DNA of 24,177 bases from Candidatus Eiseniibacteriota bacterium (lineage in GTDB: Bacteria; Eisenbacteria; RBG-16-71-46; CAZEPH01), in NCBI GenBank assembly GCA_044229145.1, contig JBGATO010000056.1:1-24177 (forward strand), read 5' to 3'. A program made the translations under genes and the position numbers. Below, one piece after another: positions 16,196 to 24,177 of the stretch; position 1 is the stretch's first letter; the number at the start of each line of letters is the position of its first letter. The notes beneath the pieces were generated by a model. The model did not search any database, was not told the DNA's origin, and worked only from the letters and a program-made list of their open reading frames with translations.

Positions 16196-18917
16196 TTAGA
16201 ACGACATGCCGATGCCGACGCGCAGCACACGGCCTTCGTCGAACACGCGCGGGTCGTGAACGGGCAGGAAGTCGTCCGTGCCATCACCGTTGCTGTCGGT
16301 GATGTAGGCGCCTCCCGCGATGCCGCGTTCGTTGTAGTAGACGGTGTAGTCGTATCCGCCGACGTACGGGTTGTACGGGTTGCCCGGCTCCAAGTTGATG
16401 ATGTTCTTGGTGTCGAGCACGTTGTTCGCGCGCAGGAACAGCGTGAACCGCTGGCCGTACAGCGTGAAGTAACGGTCCGCGCGGACGTCCAGGTTGGTGG
16501 TCGTCGGCAGGCGCTTCGAGTTCGTCAGCTTCGGGTCGAACTTCTTCTCGCCCTGGCGGTGCGGCGAGTACGGGAAGCCCGAACCGTAGCGCCACAGGAA
16601 GTTGGTGCTCCACTTGCCTTCCTGCACGATGTCCAAGTTGGTGCTGAAGGTGTGGCGCTGGTCGTATCCGAGTGGCTGCTCCGAGATCGGCAAGTACAGC
16701 TGGTTGCCCTGGTCGGCGAGGTTGATGTCGACGTCCGAGGCGAGACCCGTGGCGATCCCGTAGGTGTAGCTCATGTTGGCCGAGAAGTGGTGGCTCAGGC
16801 GCTTCTCGAGCGACACCTCAAGACCACGCGATGACGCGTAGTCCTGGTTCACGTAGATCGAGGTCGGGTCCGGCGTGTCCGGCACCTGGAACTGACGGGT
16901 GCTGAGCAAGCCGAAGATGTCCTTGTAGTACACGCCGAACTGCATGAACACGTCACGGCTGAACTGGTGCTGCACCGCGGCCTGGTACGAGATCGTTTCC
17001 GGCCGCAGCGCAAGCGCCAATGCGCGCGCACCTGCGAGTTGCGGTCCTCGAACACGAAGCGGCGGTCCGGGAACTGCGAGTAGCGTCCGTAGTGGAACGA
17101 CATCACGTCCTTGTCCGACACCGGGAACGCCACGCCGCGCGGGCTCCACTGGTAGCGCAGGCGGCCGACACGCTCCTTGGTCTTCGGGTCCACCAGGTCC
17201 TCGAGCGGGATCTGGTTGCCCACCGAGTAGCCGTCGTACCGGATGCCGGCGTTGAGCACCATTCCTTCGTGCTCCAGCGGTCCTGCACGCAAAGAACGAG
17301 CTCCTCGGGGTTGTAGTGGCAGTCCGACCGGTAGAAGCCGAACAGGCCCTGCCCGTTGATACGGTTCGGCAGGTCGATCGAGAGGAGCTTGAGGTCGTTG
17401 TAGCTCAACTCGACGCCGGTCATCATTTCATGGTTCTTCATGCGCCGCGTGTAGTCGGCCTTGGCGTTCCACACCTTGGTCAAGCGCTGGTAGTAGGTCG
17501 GGTAGTCGCCGTGGGTCACCCAGAACAGGCCTTCTTCCGCGTTGCCCTGGAAGTAGGCCGGGTAGCGAATGTCGTACTGCCACGGCTTCTTGCCCTGCAC
17601 GTCCGCCGACGCGTCGAACACGCTCTCGGCGATCTTGATGTTGTAGAACGAGCGCTTGCCGACCGACTGCGTCCACACCAGCTTGTACAGGTTGAACGAG
17701 TTGGTGTAGTCCGGCGTGTGCTGCGCCGCGTTGTAGTACTGGAAGGTCGAGTCTTCCTTCGTCGCCGACCAGCGGCCGTAGACCGGAATCACCTGGCGGA
17801 TGCCGTTCGCGGTGGTGATCGTCTGGTAGGTGACCTGGACGTAGCCTTCGCGCGACCACTGGTGGAGGTACTGGTCGGCACGCGAGAAGTTACGCAGCAT
17901 TTCCGCGGTGAGCTTGTAGCTCTTGCCCGGCTTCCACGCGATCTTGGATTGGAACTTGAGGTCGTTGGTCTGGCGGTCCCCGAGACGGATGAAGTCGAGG
18001 AGCGTGTGGCGCGGGCGCTTCTCGTTCGTCTTGAGGTAGGTGTCCGAGTACGTGCCTTCGAGGGTCGTGTAGAAGGTCGTCTTCGGCAACACGAACGGAC
18101 CACCGATACCCAGCGTGAAGCGGTCGAAGTTGTTGTAGGTCTTGTCGGGCGCGCCGTAGTCGTCGGTCGAGAACTGGATGTTGCCCGAGTACTTGAAGTC
18201 GCCTTCCTGCGTGCGGGTGTTGATGACGCCGGACTGCGCGTTCCCGTACTGCGCATCGAGACCACCGATGATGATGTCCGACGAACCGACGGCCGCGGTG
18301 GAGAGGTCAGAGCTGGCGCCGACGAGCGGGTCGCTGATGCGCATGCCGTCGACCTGGTAGCTGATCTCACCCGAACGGCCACCACGCACGTGGAGCTGGC
18401 CCGCCTGCGCGACGATGCCCGGCTTGATGGCGACGGCTTCCTTGAACGTGTCCACCGGGAGCGTCCGCAGCGACTTCGAGTCGATGGACGTCTTCGCAGC
18501 GGTCGACTTGATGTCGATCTTCTTCTGCGCGGTGGCGCCACCCTTCACTTCGACGACACCGACTTGCACCGCTTCGGTGTTGAGCACGAAGTTGACGGTC
18601 ACGACCTTGCCGGCATCGACCGCGATGCCCGCCTTGGTGGGACGCGAATAGCCGGGGATGATGGCCTTGAGGGTGTAGGTCCCCACGGGCACGTTGGCGA
18701 TGACGAAATTGCCGTCGTCATCACAGCGGGCGCCCATCTTGTTCTCGAGTACGATGACGTTGGCGGTGAGTCCTTCCCCGCCGGTGCTCGTCACCCGTCC
18801 CACGATCCTGCCGACACCGGCCGCCCACGCGGAACTCGCGGCAGACAGGCTCAGAAGGACCAGGAGTGCCGGAAAGGCCGTGCGACCCAACTCACGGACA
18901 AGTCTCCGGAACACCAT
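16196..18917 (-). CDS. TonB-dependent receptor with N-terminal carboxypeptidase-regulatory-like domain; frameshifted near 17275 and 17010-17030 (about 908 codons reconstructed)
   Basis: SD AAAGGAG; signal peptide; GRIVGRVT..GNFVIANVPVGTYTL; plug LPVDTFKEAVAIKPGIV..LHVRGGRSGEISYQVDG; barrel split over ORFs 17103..18917, 16849..17292 (LNAGIRYD, SPR, FHYG) and 16196..17149 (YYKDI, SRGLE, NVLD, GIGMSF). Confidence 0.9.
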
Positions 18918-18980
18918 AGCGACGCTCTCCTTTCGATGGATGCGTACCCAAACAGGCTGCGGTTGGTCGTGAACCGAGGA

Positions 18981-19009
18981 ACCCTAATCGCGTGCCCGCG
19001 TATCGTCAA
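18981..19009 (-). promoter_or_regulatory. Proximal putative sigma70-type promoter (P1) of the TBDR cassette
   Basis: TTGACG (19009-19004)-N17-TAGGGT (18986-18981). Confidence 0.6.
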
Positions 19010-19145
19010 GGGGCAAGCGGAGTTTCTCGATTTTCCTGGTCGCGGCATGCTGCGGCAAACGCCAGCCAGGAGGGCGAACTCATACCAATGCTAGTGCGCG
19101 GAAGGGGGATCGAGCAGCTGCGGAGCGGGGGAACCTCGTGACCTC

Positions 19146-19174
19146 ATACTAGCGAGGCCGTGGCCCCTCGTCAA
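19146..19174 (-). promoter_or_regulatory. Distal putative sigma70-type promoter (P2) of the TBDR cassette
   Basis: TTGACG (19174-19169)-N17-TAGTAT (19151-19146); hexamers identical to the secG promoter. Confidence 0.65.
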
Positions 19175-19239
19175 TCATCGGATTGGTCACCGCCCAAGTT
19201 GAGCGATTCGCGGGCGGCGGCGGGGTTCGCCACCGCGGT

Positions 19240-19265
19240 GACGGGCGGACCCACCGGCGCCCGTC
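19240..19265. other. 8-bp stem-loop downstream of trpE
   Basis: GACGGGCG (19240-19247) / CGCCCGTC (19258-19265); no U-tract. Confidence 0.35.
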
Positions 19266-19284
19266 TCGACTACCCGAGGCGCCG

Positions 19285-20784
19285 CTACCGCATTCCGCGT
19301 GCCGCGGCACGCACCGCCTCGAGCACCGCCGACGCCTTGTGCAGCGTTTCGCGGTATTCGGCGTGCGGCTCGGAGTCCGCGACGATCCCCGCCCCTGCCC
19401 CGACGTAGACCCGCCCGCCGGTCACCACCGCGGTGCGGATGGCGATGCACGTGTCGAGGTTGCCGTCGTGGTCCATGTACCCGACCGCCCCGGCGTAGAC
19501 GCCGCGCCGCACCGGTTCGAGTTCGTCGATGATCTCCATCGCCCGGATCTTGGGCGCGCCGGAGACGGTGCCGGCCGGGAAGCTCGCCTTGAGCGCATCG
19601 AGCGCGACCATGCCGTCGCGCAGTTCGCCCGACACATCGCTCACCAGGTGCATGACACGGGCGTAGCGTTCGATCTCCATGAACCGCGAGACCTGCACGC
19701 TGCCATGCCGTGCGACGCGTCCGAGGTCGTTGCGCGCGAGGTCGACGAGCATGACGTGCTCGGCGCGCTCCTTCTCGTTGTCGAGCAGCTCGGCGGCGAG
19801 CGCGCGGTCCTCGTCGCGGGTCGCGCCACGCGGGCGCGTCCCGGCAATCGGCCGCGTCTCCACGCGCCGCCCGTCGACACGGACCAACACCTCCGGCGAC
19901 GACCCGATCACCGTGCAGTCGGCGAACTGGAGGTAGTAGAGGTATGGCGACGGATTCAGCACACGCAGTGCGCGGTAGATGTCGAACGGATCGCCGGCGA
20001 ACGGCGCGCTCAAGCGCTGCGCGAGCACGGTCTGGACGATGTCGCCGGCGCGGATGTACTCCTGCGCGCGCCGCACCGCGGCGCAGTACTCGGCCTCCGA
20101 TGTCGAGCTCTCGAACTCGGGCACCGCGCGCGCGGGCACCAGGGCGGCGCGCGGCGTCGGCGCGGACAGTCGGGCCAAGACGTCGGCGACGCCTTCTTGC
20201 GCCAGCCGCCAGGCCTCCTGCGAATCGCGTCCCGGTGCGGGCGCGACGTGGCTCACGATCTTGAGCGTGTGGTGCAGGTTGTCGAAGACGACCAAGCGGT
20301 CCGCGAGCAGGAATGCGGCATCGGGCATCGACACGTCGGACTCGCGGCGCGGCGGGAGTTTCTCGAGCGTGCGCACCACGTCGTAGCCGGCGAACCCGAC
20401 CGCGCCGCCGGTGAAGCGCGCCACCGCCGGCGCCGATCCGAGTCCAGCGCTCTCCACGAACGCCGCGAGCGCCTCGAACGGCTGCGGCGCCGCGTGCGTC
20501 TCCTCGGCGGCGCCCCGGCGGACCGTCATCTGCCCGTTGGCGAACCGCAGGACGGCTCCGGGATCGGTGCCGAGGATCGAGTAGCGCCCCCACTTCTCGC
20601 CGCCCTCGATACTCTCGAGCAAGTAGCCCTGGCCGGCGCCGACCAGCTTGCGGAAGGCGGAAACTGGGGTCTCGCTATCCGCCACCACTTCGCAGGTCAG
20701 GGGCACTGGTGCGCCCTCGTCGAAGCGCCGGCGGAATTCCGCCTCGCCCACTCCATGCGTTCCTTCGCGGAATCGCTCAGACAT
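19285..20784 (-). CDS. trpE: Anthranilate synthase component I, 499 aa
   Basis: ATG 20784 with SD AGGAG; DSETPVSAF, LLESIEGGEKWGRYS, NPSPY, RPIAGT, KERAEHVMLVDLARND, FPAGTVSGAPK, IAIRT, GAGIVADS. Confidence 0.93.
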   Translation of the reverse strand: MSERFREGTHGVGEAEFRRRFDEGAPVPLTCEVVADSETPVSAFRKLVGAGQGYLLESIEGGEKWGRYSILGTDPGAVLRFANGQMTVRRGAAEETHAAPQPFEALAAFVESAGLGSAPAVARFTGGAVGFAGYDVVRTLEKLPPRRESDVSMPDAAFLLADRLVVFDNLHHTLKIVSHVAPAPGRDSQEAWRLAQEGVADVLARLSAPTPRAALVPARAVPEFESSTSEAEYCAAVRRAQEYIRAGDIVQTVLAQRLSAPFAGDPFDIYRALRVLNPSPYLYYLQFADCTVIGSSPEVLVRVDGRRVETRPIAGTRPRGATRDEDRALAAELLDNEKERAEHVMLVDLARNDLGRVARHGSVQVSRFMEIERYARVMHLVSDVSGELRDGMVALDALKASFPAGTVSGAPKIRAMEIIDELEPVRRGVYAGAVGYMDHDGNLDTCIAIRTAVVTGGRVYVGAGAGIVADSEPHAEYRETLHKASAVLEAVRAAARGMR

Positions 20785-22547
20785 GTACGTCGTCTCCTGT
20801 CGTGGCGCGCGCGGCGCTGCGGCGGCGCGGGGCCGTCTTGCGTGCGCGGGCGGCAGAGGGTGCCGGTGTCGCCGCGGCGGCGAGCAACGCGGCGGCATGC
20901 ACGCGTGCCTCCTGCGTCGCGACGGCGCCGGTCAGCATCCGGGCGATTTCGTCGATGCGTGCCTCGCCCTCCACCCGTGTCAGCGTCACATGCGTGCGGC
21001 GGCCGGCGACCGACTTCTCGACGACCCAATGCGTCGCCGCGCGTGCTGCGAGCACCGCGAGGTGCGTGATGGCGATGACCTGCGTGCCGGCCGCAACGTC
21101 CTCGACGCGGCGCGCGACCGCTTCGGCGACGTGCCCGCCGATTCCCTGATCGATTTCGTCGAAGACGAGGGTGCGCGCGGCCTCCGGCTGGCGCAGCACG
21201 CCGCGTACCGCGAGCAACAAGCGCGACAACTCGCCACCGGAGGCGATGCGCGCCAAGGGCCGCAGTTCCTCGCCCACGTTCGCGGCGAACAACAGCTCGG
21301 CGTCCTCCGCACCGCGTTCGCCGGGCTCCGGCGCCGGATCGAACGCCACGGCGAGCCGCGCGCCCGGCAGGCCGAGCGCCGCGGCGGCCGCTTCGAGGGC
21401 GCTCGCGAAGCGCGTGGCGGCGGCACGGCGTGCGGTGCTCAGCGCGCTCGCCGCCGCCGCGACCGCGGCCTCGGCGGCGGCGAGCGCGGCGCGCGCCGAT
21501 TCGTCTTCGCCCGGATCGCCGTCGAACAGCGCGCGTTCGCCTTCGAGTGCGCCCCGATGCGCGAGCACCGCGTCGAGCGAACCGCCGTGGCGCACCGCGA
21601 GGCCGTGCAGGGCGTGCAGGCGGGCTTCGACGGCCTCGAGCCGCGCGGGATCGGCGGTGAGCGAGGAGGCGGCGGAGGTCACGGCGCGCGCGGCGTCATC
21701 GAGGACGACCTGGGCATCGCGCAGGCCGGCGAGCGGCGCGGCGAGCTGGGGATCGATCGCCGCGAGTTCGGCGAGGACGCGGGCGGCGCGGGCCACCGCG
21801 CGGGCATCTCTCGTCGCCGGCGTCGTCGTCGAGCAGGCGCTGCACCTCGGCGAGTCCGCCACCCAGCCGCGCGGCGTGGCGCAGCACGTCGCGTTCGCGT
21901 TGCAACTCGTCGACCTCGCCAGGTTGCGGGGCGACGCGGTCGATTTCGGCGATCTGATAGAGCACGAATTCGCGCCGGCCCACCGCGTCGGCACGGGCGC
22001 GTGTGCGCGCCTCGTGCGCGTCCCGCAGGGCGCGCGCCGCGCGCACCGCGTCGGCCATCGCGTGGCGTTCCGCCTCCAGACCCGCGAAGCGGTCGAGCAC
22101 ATCGAGATGTGTCGCGCGGCGCAGCAGGCTCTGCTGCGCGTGCTGCCCGCACAGATCGAGCGTCTCGTGGCCGAGCGCCCGGAGCGTGCCCAGCGTCACC
22201 ACACGATCGTCGATCCAGGCGCGCGAACGGCCGTCGGCGGTGATTTCGCGGCGCACCAAGATCTCCCCGTCGACGCCGGAGTGCGCGTCGTCGAGGATGC
22301 CAGCGTCGTGGAGCAACGCACGCGCGGCGGCGGAGATGCCGAGGAAGGTGCCTTCGACCACGGCACGCGCCGCGCCCGAGCGCACCAGCGTCGCGTCCGC
22401 CCGTTCGCCGAGCAGCAGCGAGATCGCGTCGACGACCAGCGACTTGCCCGCGCCGGTTTCGCCTGTCAGCACGCTGAGGCCGGGCCGCAGATCGAGTTCG
22501 GCCTCGTCGACGATCGCGAGATCACGGATGCGCAGATGGGTCAGCAT
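20777..22547 (-). CDS. recN: DNA repair protein RecN, one frameshift near 21807-21812
   Basis: N-terminal half (ORF 21696..22547) LTGETGAGKS Walker A, LCGQH; C-terminal half (ORF 20777..22102) ASGGELSR, VFDEIDQGIGG, ITHL; the frames switch at ..GACGAGAGATGCC.. Confidence 0.93.
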
Positions 22548-22557
22548 GTCGCGTGGC

Positions 22558-23472
22558 CTACGGCGTCGCGCCGGCGCCCCAGCCCAGCTTGGCGCGCACG
22601 ACGCGCAGGAAGCTGTGGGGGCGGACGCGCACCAGCGACACCGTTTCGGCGGCGCGGGTCACCCGCACGCGCTCCGCGGCGCTCACGTCGAAGTCTTCCT
22701 GCGCGTCGAGCGACAAGCGCGCCTGCACGCCGGGCGCCGCCATGCCGATGGTGATGCGCGCATGTCCCTCGACGACGATCGGCCGCACCGACAGCGTGTG
22801 CGGGCAGATCGGCGTGATGATCAACGCGTCGATGCTCGGGGTGAGCAGCGGGCCGCCGGCGGAGAGCGAATACGCGGTCGAACCATTCGGCGTCGACACG
22901 ATCACGCCGTCGGAGAGGAAGGTCCCGACTTCGTCGTCATCGACCCACAAGGTGAGCCGGATGCCCTTCGCCACCGCGGGTTGCGTGACCACCGCATCGT
23001 TGAACGCGAGGCCGTGGGCACGCGCGGTACCGCGGGCGTTGAGGACGTCGGCGCGCAGCATCGAGCGGCGTTCGACGCGGAAGTCGCCGGCCAGCACGCG
23101 GTCGAGCATCTGCGGCAATTCGTCGAAGGTGAGTTCGGTGAGGAAGCCGAGGCCGCCGAGGTTGACGCCGAGCAGCGGCGTGCCGGCGGTCGCAACCTGT
23201 CGCGCCGCGCCGAGCAACGTGCCGTCGCCGCCGAGGACGATGCCGAGCCCCGCGCCACGCCACGGGCCGACGGCGATACGGGCGCGCAAGTCTTCCGGCA
23301 ACGCGGTGGCGGCGGTGGCCTCCATGCGTACCACGAGCCCGCGGTCGAGCAACGTCGGGATCAACTGCGCCGCCGCCTCGATGGCGTTCGGCTTGGTGCG
23401 ATGCGCGATCAGCCCGACCTCGCGAATGCGGGCCGCCGCGCCGGCGCCGAGGGGGGCGTGCGCCTCCGCCAT
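22558..23472 (-). CDS. nadK: NAD(+) kinase
   Basis: Start placed at ATG 23472; LGGDGT, GVNLGGLGFL, FND, DGVIVSTPNGSTAYSLSAGGP, TPICPH. Confidence 0.96.
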   Translation of the reverse strand: MAEAHAPLGAGAAARIREVGLIAHRTKPNAIEAAAQLIPTLLDRGLVVRMEATAATALPEDLRARIAVGPWRGAGLGIVLGGDGTLLGAARQVATAGTPLLGVNLGGLGFLTELTFDELPQMLDRVLAGDFRVERRSMLRADVLNARGTARAHGLAFNDAVVTQPAVAKGIRLTLWVDDDEVGTFLSDGVIVSTPNGSTAYSLSAGGPLLTPSIDALIITPICPHTLSVRPIVVEGHARITIGMAAPGVQARLSLDAQEDFDVSAAERVRVTRAAETVSLVRVRPHSFLRVVRAKLGWGAGATP

Positions 23473-23479
23473 TCGCGTC

Positions 23480-24177
23480 CTAGTGCGCGGCGTGCGCCGG
23501 AGAGGGCGCGTCCGTCGCGGGGGCCGGCGCCGGAATCCACTGCCGGACGGTTTCGGCGATCGCCTCGCGGGTGAGGCCGACCTCCTGGAGCAACAACGCG
23601 CGGCTTCCGTGTTCGACGAAGTGATCGCCCAGACCCAAGCGGCGCACCGCGCTGGGCGCGGCGCCGAGTTCGGTCGCCGCCTCCAACACCGCACTGCCGA
23701 ATCCGCCGGCGAGTTGGTGGTCTTCGAGTGTCACGAGCGTCGTGCCGTCGCCGAGCAGGCGCTCCAGCATCGCGTGGTCGAGCGGCTTCACGAACCGCGC
23801 GTCGACCACGCCAACGTCGATCCCCTGCTGGCGCAGCAGATCCGCGGCGCCGAGTGCCAGCGGCACCGTCGCGCCCATGCCGAGCAACGCCACGCCGCCC
23901 CGCGGCGCCGGGCGCAACTCCTCCCACGCACCGACCGGAATCTCCTGATAGTCGCCGTCCATCGCCACACCGACCGCCGCGCCGCGCGGATAGCGCACCA
24001 CGAACGGCCCGCCTTCGTGCCGTGTGGCGGTGTAGAGCAGATGCCGCAGCTGATCTTCGTCACGCGGGGCCGCGATCACCACGTTCGGCACCGTGCGCAA
24101 GTACGCGATGTCGAAGACGCCGTGATGCGTCGCGCCGTCCTCGCCCACCAAACCGGCGCGATCCACCGCGAGCACCA
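23480..24177 (-). CDS. dxs: 1-deoxy-D-xylulose-5-phosphate synthase, C-terminal part (5' end outside the window)
   Basis: DRAGLVGEDGATHHGVFD, VRYPRG, DARFVKPLD, GGFGSAV, FVEHG. Confidence 0.96.
   Translation of the reverse strand, partial: VLAVDRAGLVGEDGATHHGVFDIAYLRTVPNVVIAAPRDEDQLRHLLYTATRHEGGPFVVRYPRGAAVGVAMDGDYQEIPVGAWEELRPAPRGGVALLGMGATVPLALGAADLLRQQGIDVGVVDARFVKPLDHAMLERLLGDGTTLVTLEDHQLAGGFGSAVLEAATELGAAPSAVRRLGLGDHFVEHGSRALLLQEVGLTREAIAETVRQWIPAPAPATDAPSPAHAAH

Noticed and set aside
16990..17290. Programmed frameshifting or phase variation in the TBDR
   Set aside because: No slippery heptamer or long simple repeat; several clustered lesions fit sequencing error better
12972..18917. 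Classical SusC/SusD polysaccharide utilisation locus
   Set aside because: The downstream protein has no lipobox or SusD features, the plug lacks SusC-type signatures, and no CAZyme is recognisable
19052..19082. GGCAAAC...GGGCG resembling a c-di-GMP-I riboswitch P2 stem
   Set aside because: It is on the strand opposite the TBDR transcript and lacks the GAAA tetraloop and the following GACGCAAA consensus

Overview
High-GC (roughly 70% by eye) diderm bacterial chromosome segment with no mobile element or CRISPR array. The gene set (PorV/PorQ-like barrel, CTD-bearing secreted protein, GWxTD protein) suggests an FCB-related or candidate-phylum lineage, which is inference only. From left to right: (i) a minus-strand envelope-stress operon: TPR protein, ECF sigma, zinc anti-sigma, and an HtrA-like protease that is truncated at the window edge and absent from the ORF track; (ii) a divergent plus-strand lipoprotein, OmpP1/FadL-like barrel and membrane protein; (iii) minus-strand gap-pgk-tpiA-secG-tRNA-Leu(GAG); (iv) a minus-strand outer-membrane cassette: TonB-dependent receptor (split by two frameshifts), a 1060-aa secreted protein with a T9SS-type-A-like C-terminal domain, a PorV/PorQ-like barrel and a GWxTD protein, preceded by tandem sigma70-type promoters and punctuated by intergenic hairpins; (v) dxs (partial)-nadK-recN (frameshifted)-trpE without trpG. 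Cassette (iv) is the best candidate for an undescribed system: a SusCD-like uptake or display module whose surface partner may be exported or held by a dedicated PorV-like barrel instead of a lipid anchor. The frameshifts look like long-read consensus errors.
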